Shown: positions 36,411-48,588 of the stretch, one piece after another
Position numbering within the stretch: the stretch's first letter is position 1
How the letters are laid out: each line of letters opens with the position of its first letter
NCBI GenBank assembly: GCA_950097015.1
Contig: CATNEN010000030.1
Coordinates: 2,480,001 to 2,544,000, forward strand
Reading direction: 5' to 3'
Origin: Macrostomum hystrix
Lineage: Eukaryota > Animalia > Platyhelminthes
Length of the DNA: 64,000 bases
Made by a program: the position numbers and the translations under genes
The notes under the pieces: model-generated
What the model was told of the DNA's origin: nothing
Databases searched by the model: none
Seen by the model: only the letters and a program-made list of their open reading frames with translations

Positions 36411-36992
36411 ATGTCGGAAGAAGATAGCCCTGCAAAGAGAGTTCGCTATATTGATTTTGCTCAGTTTCTTGATGGAGCCATCTCAGGGCTCACTGAGCAA
36501 CAGATCGACCAAGCACTGGACCAGTTGGAGGTGAACAAGCTGCTTGATGATGGTACCGCTGGTCCCGATGTGGATTTTCTCGATGCTCTGTTTTCGAAGC
36601 TACCAACGGAGGAGACCCAGCTGGAGGAATTGGAGCAGATTGTGTCGGAGATGGAGGGCAATGCTACATGCAAGAGTGTTGTTCGAGCTACGGATTATTG
36701 GATGCAACGCTTGCGACGCTTCTTGGGTGTTCACTCGTCACTGCCGCAGGATCGGTCGGTTGCATCGCCTAACGAGCTAGACCGCATCTTGCGCTTCTTT
36801 TATGGAACGCTGAGAAAGAAGGATGGTGGACTCTACGCGCCAGCTACACTGGTTTGCATTCGGGCTGCAATCCATCGCCATTTTATGACCACACGTTGCA
36901 TCAACATTCTAGTTGGAGACGAGTTCCTTCAATCAAACCGCACTTTGAAGGCGATGGCACGTACATTCGCCTTCAGGCGAAATAATTATTAA
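36411..36992 (+). pseudogene. Truncated Crypton-type tyrosine-recombinase ORF (N-terminal, DUF3504/KCTD1/ZMYM-associated region only)
   Basis: RATDYW...ELDRILRFFYGTLRKKDGGLYAPATLVCIRAAIHRH...F..SN.TL.A matches the Crypton/KCTD1/QRICH1 N-terminal pattern from memory. There is no catalytic domain, and the ORF ends in a SINE tail. Confidence 0.65.
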
Positions 36993-37290
36993 AAGATTAA
37001 TAATAATTCTTTACACCTGCCCAATTTGGGCCAGATGTGCAGCCGGCATCACAGCCGCAGCTTTTGCGAGGCGCATCTGAAGGCTGCGTACGGCTGTTTA
37101 GTCTATGGACTGAAGGAATGCCACACCCATCCTCATTTACCCCAGCTGATTACCGATTTAACAGTCAGGTGAATATAAGCAATGTAGTGTTGTGTCTTGC
37201 TAAAAGACACAAATTGTTTCAGGGAGTCGATAATCGAACCCCCGACCTTCAAGTCATTTATCCAACGCTCTAGCCACTAAGCTACAACCA
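36980..37290 (-). mobile_element. SINE-B (CORE-type) copy
   Basis: Head GTAGCTTAGTGG...GGTTCGATTATC, 3' block GCTGCACATCTGGCCC and (ATT)n-like tail. Confidence 0.8.
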
Positions 37291-37364
37291 CTTTCTACAG
37301 AAGTTAAAAGTTAGGTCTAGATCATTAAGAACTAGTTTACAGCGATGTATACAGAAATCCCTCA

Positions 37365-37510
37365 ATTTTCCCAGCTGATTCTGGTACCCATTTAACATCT
37401 GCGTAAACTGAAGCATTACAGAGTTTCATGTTTTGCTAAAGGAATAACTCTAAAGTAGGGAACCCCCCGATCTTTGTGAGTTCGACGCTCCAACCACTTG
37501 GCTACAACCT
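37365..37510 (-). mobile_element. SINE-B head and core remnant
   Basis: GTAGCCAAGTGGTTGGAGCG head and GCTTCAGTTTACGCAGATGTTAAATGGGTACCAG core on the minus strand. Confidence 0.6.
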
Positions 37511-39165
37511 CTTTCTACAGTTTAAAATTAGCATAAGGATAATAGTGTACAGCGTTGCATGCATATCCACATTTGAGAGTAGAATCTTTTTAAATCATTA
37601 TTGAGTAATTTCCAAGTGATTGTAGCATATTCAGTTCATTCTGTGGTCCGTTAGTATTTCAACTTTCGGGCGCTAGCTAATGGACAGCCTGAAGGTGCAG
37701 CTTAAATAATGGAATTCAGTGAAGCGATTTATAGTAACATGTGCACTTATTTTACCCGTCACATCCAATCCATTTTCTGTTTCCTTTGTTAGTTTTGTTG
37801 GCTGTTTTTATAAGCTGCGCAAGTTCCACCAAGTTTGACAACGAAGAGACGAATGCATTATTCACGAATTTGAGCAGGTCTCGTTGTTCGCTCTGCCTGT
37901 CCCACTCTCCCTACGCTTGCTGTCCTTCCCGCCTCCCTTTCTCCTAGCTTAATGCAGCAGATAGCTATCTAGCTTAGATAAGCTAACCTAATTGTAATGG
38001 AAAATGAGCTCCTGCAAAGTGGAAGGAATTTGGCTGTCCCTGCTCTTTGAGTTCGGACAGGGCATGACACTGTAGAAAAGACTATTTACCAATCTTCTAC
38101 CCCACCATGTTCCACCACTGGTCGATCTCCCTGATCCGGCCTTGGCAACTTTCTAGATCTCATGAATAACATCGCTATATTTTTTCCAAATGTTTTCGTC
38201 AAAGTTGAACCGTGATTTGTACTAAGCATATTTCTGCCACAAATTCTAATACTGGATGCTATATATGTGTGTGTTTAAGACTAGAAAATTGCACTAGATT
38301 ATATACTTTTGGTACTAAGCAACATACACAGCCATATGGACTAAAGTCTAGATTATCTGTAGGCGCAATGGGTCTAGACTAGATTAAGCATTATGAAACT
38401 TCTAAAATCATGACTTCTAAGTCTGGAAAAAGTACTTTTGTGTGTAATTATTATTCTAATTTACGCTAGATTTGATTGTCTTAGAAACACAGCCGCAAGT
38501 TATAACTGACAGACATTGTGCACCTTTGACTGGTCAAGAAGAGCCTCAAAAGAACTGGTCTAAAAACCATAACAGCTGGTTGCACTGGAACGAACAAAAA
38601 CTGCGGCGAACATTTTGGATGTTTTTTTAGTCAAACATCGCTTATTAACAACCCGTGTTTGCACAGCTTTGTTAAGTAATATCACTTATGAATGTATTCA
38701 CAGTTTTTATAATGTTTTTTAAGTAAGGATTAGCCATTCGCTGAAAAATAATTATTATTTTGTTCCGTGGCTCTTTATTTGAAGCTATTCCTGGTACCTT
38801 TTATGAATGCATTGCGCTTTCCTTATTTCCTACCTCAATAGGGAGAAAAAATGGGTACACATCAAGGACACCAGCTTAACTGTCTACAAATGGACACCTT
38901 GTAAGTTCATATTCACTTTCTAGTTGGACATTGTTACTGTTGGATTTGCATTCCTAGTACTAGGATATTGTGGAATAAGTCCAAGCTGAAGGCTAATAGA
39001 GGACATTAAGGTAGCGCGTAGCGGCCCCATTAATGTCTTAGATGTTTCTAATGTATGCTTTTAACCTTTATGCTCATAGAAAGGGCTTGTGAAGAGTGAA
39101 CGGCTGAATAATAAAAGTTCAACCCTCCTCTAATTAAACTATTCAAACCCACTCACCTGGCCCAG

Positions 39166-39698
39166 CCGCCGAGCAGAACTTCGCCCGTCACAAGCCGAAG
39201 CCCTACCAGGTGCCGGACAAGGCCCGATTCGCCCTGTCCGGCCCGGACGCCGCCGCCGCTGCGCCCGACGACGACGTGGCCGCCGCATCAGTCGCCGCTG
39301 CCGGCGTAGCCGAAGCCGCCGCGGCAGTTGACTGCACCGAGCTCGACGCCATCGGAGCAGTTGACGACGCCCAGATGTCTTCGTCGGCGCCTTGCATTGT
39401 CGGCTCTGCGGCACCGTCAGCATTGGACGTGGATTTAGACTCGGTAAATGGCGACTCCAACATTGGCATAGGTTTAGGCATGGGCGTCGGTATGGCCGTC
39501 GGCGATTCCAACAATTCGCCAGCTGCCAACCTGCTAGACGACGACAGCAAGTCGGATGGCACAGAGTTCACCGCCGGCAGCTGCCAGGGCCCCGGCGGTC
39601 CCAGCGATGACAATACCAACAGTGACCTGATTTCCGCCTGCCAGGACGCCAGTCAGGATGGGCCGCCTGCAGCCAAGCGTACTAAACAGGACTATTAG
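39166..39698 (+). CDS. Orphan acidic/Ala-rich terminal exon of an unknown protein ending in the NLS-like AKRTKQDY
   Basis: Open frame 39138-39698 with strong C-ending codon bias and candidate acceptor CCCAG at 39163-39165. Upstream exons were not found. Confidence 0.5.
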
Positions 39699-40384
39699 AG
39701 TCCCGCTGCGGCCAGCTGCAACCGCTGTTTTTTAAGACTTGTTCGGCCTCTGTAATAGCATTTTTAAGTTAAATATAAAATCCAGTAAGTTTTTTGCATA
39801 CAGCTAGCAAAGCCGCATTCATTATTGTGCTACAGCTGACTGCGAAACAATATGTTATAGGAAATTGTTGCGGGTATTTAGGAAAGGGTAGATGAAGGGG
39901 TAGAAAACGTCCCGCTGTTATTACTATGCGCGTTCTTCGTGTTTGATTTAAAGTTCACTTGTTTGTTTCTTTGCTACCGTATTATTTATTGACCTTGTTT
40001 ACTTGTTGATACATTTTTAAACTCTGCTTTTGTAATTTCTTTACGCTTGTTGATTATTTTTACTTCTAGGTGTTCTTTGTGACTCTGCTTCACTCGCGAA
40101 TTATTTAATAAGAAGTTGAAAACTGTTTGCACCTTGTGTCCAGTACCTGTCGCGCTGTTAAAGTGCTTGTTTGTTTTTGCTTTGTAATGCACGCCTCCCC
40201 TGTCTGGCTTCAAATATGCCGGCTGGTGTTTGTTAAATAGAACCATTTGTTTGTCTTTTGCCTTGAGCAGTTCTAGTCCACCGCATTAATTTTAATAAGA
40301 AGAAAAGCAAAGCAAGCATACAATTACTTCACTCTTTTAGTATTGTTTTCTATTTTGTGATTTGTTTGTGTTCAAATCTGAAAC

Positions 40385-41415
40385 TAGCTAGAATAGTAGC
40401 AAGAACCCATTGTAGAATCGTAACAGGAACCGTACTAGAACAGTAGCTAGAATCGTAGCAGAAATCGAAACTGGAATCGCTGCAAGAAACGTCGCTAGAA
40501 TATTTGCAGGAATCATAGTTAGAATCGCAGCAGGAACCAAAGCTAAAATCGTAGCAGGAATTGAAGCTAGAATCGCAGCAGGAACCATAGCTAGAATCGT
40601 ACCAGAAATCGAAGCTAGAATCGTTGCAAGAAACGTAGCTAGAATCATAGCAAGAACAGTAGCGTAGCTGAAATCGTAGCTAGAACAGTAACTAGAATCG
40701 TAGCAGGAATTCAAGCTAGAGTCGCAGCAGGAACCATATCAAGAATCACACCAGGAACCATAGCTAGAATCACACCAGGAACCATAGCTAGAATCACACC
40801 AGGAACCATAGCTAGAATCACACCAGGAACCATAGCTAGAATCACACCAGGAACCATAGCTAGAATCACACCAGGAACCATAGCTAGAATCACACCAGGA
40901 ACCATAGCTAGAATCACACCAGGAACCATAGCTAGAATCACACCAGGAACCATAGCTAGAATCACACCAGGAACCATAGCTAGAATCACACCAGGAACCA
41001 TAGCTAGAATCACACCAGGAACCATAGCTAGAATCACACCAGGAACCATAGCTAGAATCACACCAGGAACCATAGCTAGAATCACACCAGGAACCATAGC
41101 TAGAATCACACCAGGAACCATAGCTAGAATCATAGCAGGAACCATAGCTAGAATCATAGCAGGAACCATAGCTAGAATCATAGCAGGAACCATAGCTAGA
41201 ATCATAGCAGGAACCATTGCTAGAATCATAGCAGGAACCATAGCTAGAATCATAGCAGGAACCATAGCTAGAATCATAGCAGGAACCATTGCTAGAATCA
41301 TAGCAGGAACCATTGCTAGAATCATAGCAGGAACCATAGCTAGAATCACACCAGGAACCATAGCTAGAATCATAGCAGGAACCATAGCTAGAATCGTAGC
41401 AGGAACCATAGCTAG
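40385..41415. repeat. 24-bp minisatellite (AGCTAGAATCACACCAGGAACCAT and variants)
   Basis: Degenerate left third, then homogeneous CACACC and CATAGC variant blocks. Confidence 0.96.
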
Positions 41416-42724
41416 AATCGTAGCAGGTACAATATATAGAATAGCTAGCTATTGGGATGGTCGCTTGAGGAGCCAATTTTTTATTCAGCCTCTATAGTTT
41501 CTGTTGTTGCATCATAAACTGTCAGTTTTTCTGTGCTTCTCCTTGCCGACCTTGTTAGCTTCTCCGTTCTGATCCTCACTGAAATTTATTGTTATTAAGT
41601 TAACTTGAATAACTTGCTTTTTTATCAGTACCATTTTCAAAAGTGAACATTGAATCGTAAATTTCAGCATGATGTCTGAGGTGTTTGCGAATGGTCGCAA
41701 CACATGTTCTTTACCTGGAATCACAGCATATGTTATTAATCTTTTACAAAAAGCTAATCAATTTGCATGCCATTAATCACACTCATTGTTTGCGTAAGCA
41801 CTCAAATTAATTTATATCGAATTCTAAAATCAATTCCATTTTAGTTAGTTCACGCTTTGTGTGTTGTTAATAACTTAAACTCTATTAATTGTTGTTTATC
41901 TTCAATAAATGTGTGAACACAGCAAAATTGACTTCTTGTGGCTTCTGTAGTGCCGCCAAAAATCATGGAAAACTTGTTTATTTTAAGCAGAATTCTGTTC
42001 AATTTCCAATTCTCCTTTAATCCCAGTGTTTCGGCTTTTCTGCTAATGCTTTGGTTGCTATGGCGCAGCAATTGTTCAGTGTGATCCGCTGTGGAATGCA
42101 GACTGCAGAATTATGTTTCGCATTGCCATGGAGGGGGATATATGACCCAAATGTTTTGGTCCTTCACCTAGCAGAAGCTGTGATAGAAGCGCTTGTGTTT
42201 GCGTCTGCGGCTATACTTATGACCTTTCCTGGCATTACCGAGGCCCCGGCTATGATAAACTGCCCTCCCGACTGACGAATATGCCTTGCAGTTCCTGCGC
42301 CTGTTGCACATTCGGTAATGTTTGCCTCCATGTATGCAGTGAGACTGCGCGTCAGTATCTATTGATGGCTTACAGAAGGAGCCTTTGTACTTGAAGCTTC
42401 GTCCAGCCTGCGTGCCAACACGATGCTGTGGTGCAGACGGGGCCAGAGGGGAGATGAAAGTAGGGATTTGTTTTCTGCTTCTGCTTTTTTCTTGCACTCT
42501 TCTTAAAAAACATGTTGAGCGCCGTTGGATGGATAAATTAAACATTTAGAAGCTTCCCTTGGGACTTTTACTACTTTACTGGTGCAGAAAAAACTGCTAA
42601 AGTGCTTGCTGACCAGATTTTAAGCGATCTTCTAGACTTGCTAATACTCTAGTTAAGCCAGGATTCTTCGAATACTTCCTAAATTGAACCATTCCAGTGC
42701 AGGTAAAACTGCCGTCTACCTGCC

Positions 42725-44508
42725 ATGCGCCAAGGCAAGAGCGACCGCGACTTCGCCTGGTCCCTGGCTTACGGAGCCACCAGCGGCGCAGTCAGCTCGA
42801 TTGCGTTTCAACCGTTGGACGTGCTGAAGACGCGCGCCCAGGCGGCCGCCGGCCAGCCCTCGGCGTCGCCTCGCCCGGGCCTGTCGCGCCTGGGTGTTGA
42901 CCTGGTCCGTCGGGAGGGTCCCCAGGCGTTGTGGCGCGGCACCCTGCCAACCTTGCTGCGCACCGTACCTGGCCTGGCTCTCTACCTGGCTACTGTGCGC
43001 AGGTGGGACTGGCGTAGCTTGATCCTCAGACTGGGTATTGCTGGTCAGGAATGCCCGCTTGCCAGATCAGCAAATTCGAGATCCCAGCCTCCCAAAAAAT
43101 CAACAGTTAAAGATCCCAGCTTCCCACTTTCACAGTAAAAGATCCCAGCTTCCCACTTTCACAGTTAAAGATCCCAGCTTCCCACTTTCACAGTTAAAGA
43201 TCCCAGCTTCCCTGGTTCACAGTAAAATATCCCAGCTTCCCACTTTCACAGTAAAAGATCCCAGCTTCCCACTTTCACAGTTAAAGATCCCAGCTTCCCA
43301 CTTTCACAGTTAAAGATCCCAGCTTCCCACTTTCACAGTTAAAGATCCCAGCTTCCCTGGTTCACAGTTTAATATCCCAGCTTCCCACTTTCACAGTTAA
43401 AGATCCCAGCTTCCCACTTTCACAGTTAAAGATCCCAGCTTCCCTGGTTCACAGTTAAAGATCCCAGCTTCCCACTTTCACAGTAAAATATCCCAGCTTC
43501 CCACTTTCACAGTTAAAGATCCTAGCTTCCCACTTTCACAGTTAAAGATCCCAGCTTCCCACTTTCACAGTTAAGGATCCCAGCTTCCCTGGTTCACTGT
43601 TTAAGATCACATCTTTCCAAAAATCCCAATATACAATTTAAGTTTCCAGCTTCCTAAAAGTCCCAATCCACAGCTTCTTAAGATCCCAGCTTCCACAGTT
43701 TTGCTATTTACAATCCTAAATCCTAAAGCCTTCGCGGATTCTCAGTTTGGGGTTTCCATGTGATATCACAGATTTCGCCCGGCCTAAGGCAGTAAACTTT
43801 AGCCGATTTTTAAGCAAGCTTGCGTTTCTACTATTAGTAATCTGAAGCGCGCATTCTTCCTTAAAAATAAACTCCTTTTCAAGCCTGCACGCGACTGTGG
43901 CATCCAGCGGCAGAGACGGTGCTGTCCACGCTGCCGCCGTGGCCGCATTCGCTCGCTCCGTCACCGCCGTGGCCCTCCAGCCGCTGGTGACGGTGAAGAC
44001 CAACATGGAAGCTGGCGGCCGCTGCCCGACGCGCCTGTTGAGCGCTGCCAGATGGCTATGGCACAGCGGCGGAGCTGTCACATTCTACAGAGGCCTAGCG
44101 GCCACCCTGGCTAGAGATGTCCCCTACTCAAGTATTTACTACTCAGTCTACTCGCAGGCTAATCAGGCCCTGCTCAGCTACTCGGATGCCGAGCTGGCCA
44201 GTCATCGACTCGGGCGGCTTTGCGCAGCGTCCGCCTGCGGCTCCATTGTGGCCACCCTGGCCACCCAGCCGGCTGACGTTGTTAAAACGCATCGCCAGCT
44301 GGCCATTGGCGCCTGCCAGCAGCCGTCGGGCGCGCCCCGGCCCAGCCTGGCCCGGGTGCTGTGTCAGATTCGAGCCAGCGAAGGCTCCCTGGCCGCTGGC
44401 CTGATGCGCGGCCTGGCGCCAAGGCTGCTGAGAAGATTCGGCTTCGCCAGCGTGTCCTGGGTCACCTTCGAGGAGCTGCATCGGTTGAGAAGACTCAGAC
44501 AGTCATAG
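42725..44508 (+). CDS. SLC25A38: Mitochondrial carrier, SLC25A38 (glycine transporter)-like (~300 aa)
   Basis: Exons 42725-43002 and 43884-44508. Carrier signatures FQPLDVLKTR, LQPLVTVKT and TQPADVVKT; SLC25A38-type LLRTVPG, ARDVPYS and PRLLRR...WVTFEE. Confidence 0.85.
43075..43700. repeat. 29-bp minisatellite (AAAGATCCCAGCTTCCCACTTTCACAGTT) filling the SLC25A38 intron
   Basis: Tandem units are visible, with degenerate edges. Confidence 0.95.
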
Positions 44509-44574
44509 GACCCTATTAGCGGAACACTTGAGGCGGCCAAAGATGTTTTTTTAGGTCAAGTCTTTTTGATCTTG

Positions 44575-45590
44575 CGATTCGGTGAGAATCGTTGTAGAAA
44601 TAACATCTAGAATCGTTGCATATATCAAGGTCTAAAAATCAAAAATTGTTCCCTACTCTCTATTCGATTTGTAGCATAGTCACATTTGGAATAGCCAGAA
44701 TCGTAGCAGGAATCACAGCCAGAATCGTAGCAAGAATCACAGCCAGAATCGTAGCAGGAATCATAGCCAGAATCGCAGCAGGCATCAGCCAGAATCGCAG
44801 CAGGAATCACAGCCAGAATCGTAGCAGGAATCACAGCCAGAATCGTAGCAGGAATCACAGCCAGAATCGTAGCAGGAATCACAGCCAGAATCGTAGCAGG
44901 AATCACAGCCAGAATCGTAGCAGGAATCACAGCCAGAATCGTAGCAGGAATCACAGCCAGAATCGTAGCAGGAATCACAGCCAGAATCGTAGCAGGAATC
45001 ACAGCCAGAATCGTAGCACGAATCACAGCCAGAATCGTAGCAGGAATCACAGCCAGAATCGTAGCAGGAATCACAGCCAGAATCGTAGCAGGAATCATAG
45101 CCAGAATCGTAGCAGGAATCACAGCCAGAATCGTAGCAGGAATCACAGCCAGAATCGTAGCAGGAATCACAGCCAGAATCGTAGCAGGAATCACAGCCAG
45201 AATCGTAGCAGGAATCACAGCCAGAATCGTAGCAGGAATCACAGCCAGAATCGTAGCAGGCGACAGCCAGAATCGCAGCAGGCATCAGCCAGAATCGTAG
45301 CAGGAATCACAGCCAGAATCGTAGCAGGAATCACAGCCAGAATCGTAGCAGGAATCACAGCCAGAATCGTAGCAGGAATCACAGCCAGAATCGTAGCAGG
45401 CATCACAGCCAGAATCGTAGCAGGCGACAGCCAGAATCGCAGCAGGCATCAGCCAGAATCGTAGCAGGAATCACAGCCAGAATCGTAGCAGGAATCACAG
45501 CCAGAATCGTAGCAGGAATCACAGCCAGAATCGTAGCAGGAATCACAGCCAGAATCGTAGCAGGAATCACAGCCAGAATTGGAACAGGCA
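44575..45590. repeat. 24-bp minisatellite (AGCCAGAATCGTAGCAGGAATCAC)
   Basis: Tandem units; 21/24 identical to a unit variant of the 40385 array. Confidence 0.96.
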
Positions 45591-45961
45591 TCAGTCAATG
45601 GCTTAATTCTGATGTCCGTTTGATGTCAACTATGCAATTCTTTCTAGTGCAGCATCAGAAATCATCGTCTTACTTTGTTCGTCGTTCGTTTGATTGTTAT
45701 TTTCTTCGTACATTTTGATTTTGAAGTTATCTATAAATTGTCCTCTATGTTTTTGTTTTGAAAATTTATGTCATTATAATCAATTTCTTGGAAACTTTTT
45801 GAAGTGTCAAAGTGATTGTGCAATTCTTTAGCAGTAGAAAGACCTTTAGCAGGGGGTATTTCAAATGCCCACTGCCTACTTCAAGATAGCTCCCAAACCT
45901 AATGACCGACTTTCGTGAAAGGCCTTGAAAGTTTTCCTTGAAAGTTGATATTCAGCTATAC

Positions 45962-45962
<1 letters not shown>

Positions 45963-46032
<70 letters not shown>
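45963..46032. repeat. (TG)35 microsatellite forming the 3' tail of the adjacent LINE fragment
   Basis: Pure dinucleotide run. Confidence 0.98.
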
Positions 46033-46035
<3 letters not shown>

Positions 46036-46363
46036 CTGCTCCTGGGAAAAGCTCGGCGAAGAAGCCCCAGACGGTCTTGGGCTGGGACCAGAGATCCCGC
46101 GGGACGAGCGAGGTGGGACGAGCCGGGCAGGCGAACAGATGCGTGACCGACTCTTCCTCGACGTGGCAACGCGGGCAGGTGGCAGGCGACTCCAGGTCGA
46201 GGCGGTGCTTATAATTGGCCAGGTGAAGGCAGAAACCCGACCGTAGTTGGGCTAGCGTGGCCCGGGCGAAGCGCGGCAACTGCGTCTCGGAAGCGTCGAT
46301 CACAGGCGGTGGCGCGCCGAGGACCCGATTTGGTTGCCGGTCTAGCAGGCGTTTCTGCACGCA
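45966..46363 (-). mobile_element. 5'-truncated non-LTR retrotransposon (I-group, Ingi/Vingi-like C-terminus)
   Basis: PNRVLGAPPP...LPRFARATLAQLRSG...CPRC...VTHLFACP...DLWSQP is a post-RT Zn-knuckle region. TSD AGCTATACTTGT (45954-45965) / AGCTACACTTGT (46364-46375). The clade is assigned from memory. Confidence 0.75.
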
Positions 46364-47276
46364 AGCTACACTTGTCGGTGACAAGGACAACTAACATTGC
46401 TCTTTACGAGTTTAAACCCTGTGTGGCGAATCCATATTATTATTAGTTCGATAATCTAAGTCCATCTGTCGTAGGGACCATTTTTTCATGCCAGGCACAG
46501 GGTCCCCATCGTCGCCATCTGGAGCATCGGCGGCGACCGTAGGGACCTTCAACAAAAACAAACGTCTTTGAGATCGGGTGCTCCGGGTGCTCCGGACGGT
46601 GAGGAAGGTATTGTAAATACTCTCTTGGTCTTTCTACTGTTAACCCTATCCGATTCTGTTGAATTACATATACTCGTATACCTGCGCGCATATTTTTTTA
46701 CTTTTTTTCGTTTTCATGATTGCTTTTGACTAAATATTAAAGCTGTTGATGGAGCACAGTGAAATGCTACTTCCAGTAGTCCTTGGGCTTCCAGTTAAGC
46801 GCTACTATGAGGCTTGGAGTACAGTTTATAATCGCTTCAATTTGCTAGACTTATTCGTTGCCTAACCAACCAGATCCGGTTTAAACTAGTTGATTCCTGC
46901 TAAAAATGCGGCGCCTAATTAGTGACTGAAATCGTGCAGCCGTGTTAACTCGACGCACTGACGTCGAGGACCTATTACAGTGTTTAGATGGCAAGATTAT
47001 CCTATTTTGCTAAGCACGCGGACAAGATTTAGAGGCCTTGTCAGCTCTGCGACCTGCGCTAAAAGTACAAAGTAAATGCCTAGTCCCTTATGAAGAAAAA
47101 ACTAGGATATGTTAGACATGCTAGGTTATTATGTCAGGCGTCGTCGTGCTCCGATTACTGCGCGAGCAAGTTCCTACAGGCAAGAAATTAGAGGTTGGGC
47201 TCTTTTCTCCGTCTATACTCGTAATTATAGAAGAACTGCAGCTCGACCATCTAGAAATTCGGCTAGCAAGATTAGA

Positions 47277-48588
47277 GAGAGTGGGGTGGGACTGGGAGAG
47301 GTGGAGAGAGTGTGGGGTGGGACTAGGAGAAGCGGAGAGTGTGGGGTGGGAATGGGAGAAGCGGAGAGTGTGGGGTGGGAATGGGAGAAGCGGAGAGTGT
47401 GGGGTGGGAATGGGAGAAGCGGAGAGTGTGGGGTGGGAATGGGAGAAGCGGAGAGTGTGGGGTGGGAATGGGAAAGGAGGAGAGAGTGGGGTGGGACTGG
47501 GAGAGGAGAGAGTGGGTGGCACGTGGAGTAGCGGAATGACTATGGGTGGGACAGGGAGTAGCGGATAGACTATGGGTGGGAAAGGGAGTAGCGGATAGAC
47601 TATGGGTGGGACAGGGAGTAGCGGATAGACTATGGGTGGGAAAGGGAGTAGCGGATAGACTATGGGTGGGACAGGGAGTAGCGGATAGACTATGGGTGGG
47701 ACAGGGAGTAGCGGATAGACTATGGGTGGGACAGGGAGTAGCGGATAGACTATGGGTGGGACAGGAAGTAGCGGATAGACTATGGGTGGGAAAGGGAGTA
47801 GCGGATAGACTATGGGTGGGACAGGGAGTAGCGGATAGACTATGGGTGGGACAGGAAGTAGCGGATAGACTATGGGTGGGAAAGGGAGTAGCGGATAGAC
47901 TATGGGTGGGAAAGGGAGTAGCGGATAGACTATGGGTGGGACAGGGAGTAGCGGATAGACTATGGGTGGGACAGGAAGTAGCGGATAGACTATGGGTGGG
48001 ACAGGGAGTAGCGGATAGACTATGGGTGGGAAAGGGAGTAGCGGATAGACTATGGGTGGGAAAGGGAGTAGCAGATAGACTATGGGTGGGAAAGGGAGAA
48101 GCGGAGAGACTATGGGTGGGAAAGGGAGAAGCGGAGAGACTATGGGTGGGAAAGGGAGAAGCGGAGAGACTATGGGTGGGAAAGGGAGAAGCGGAGAGAC
48201 TATGGGTGGGAAAGGGAGAAGCGGAGAGACTATGGGTGGGAAAGGGAGTAGCGGATAGACTATGGGTGGGAAAGGGAGTAGCGGATAGACTATGGGTGGG
48301 AAAGGGAGTAGCAGATAGACTATGGGTGGGAAAGGGAGAAGCGGAGAGACTATGGGTGGGAAAGGGAGAAGCGGAGAGACTATGGGTGGGAAAGGGAGAA
48401 GCGGAGAGACTATGGGTGGGAAAGGGAGAAGCGGAGAGACTATGGGTGGGAAAGGGAGAAGCGGAGAGACTATGGGTGGGAAAGGGAGAAGCGGAGAGAC
48501 TATGGGTGGGAAAGGGAGAAGCGGAGAGACTATGGGTGGGAAAGGGAGAAGCGGAGAGACTATGGGTGGGAAAGGGAGAAGCGGAGAG
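47277..48588. repeat. 30-bp G-rich minisatellite (GACTATGGGTGGGAAAGGGAGTAGCGGATA)
   Basis: More than 40 units, each with three GGG runs. Confidence 0.97.

Noticed and set aside
37750-38620. Protein-like patches on both strands as missing exons of the 39166 gene
   Set aside because: No phase-consistent, stop-free exon chain with good splice sites could be assembled.
39201-39250. SIRT1 C-terminal regulatory motif resemblance (Y......RF...G.D)
   Set aside because: Only a few matching positions, and no sirtuin core exons in the window.
39139-39619. Minus-strand exon ending at the perfect CAG|GTGAGT donor (39157)
   Set aside because: The minus frames are Arg-rich shadows or stop before the donor, and codon bias favours the plus frame.
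47121-47280. Terminal exon next to the G-rich array (e.g. MVELQFFYNYEYRRRKEPNL*)
   Set aside because: Several frames are equally plausible, with no recognisable homology and no supported upstream exon.
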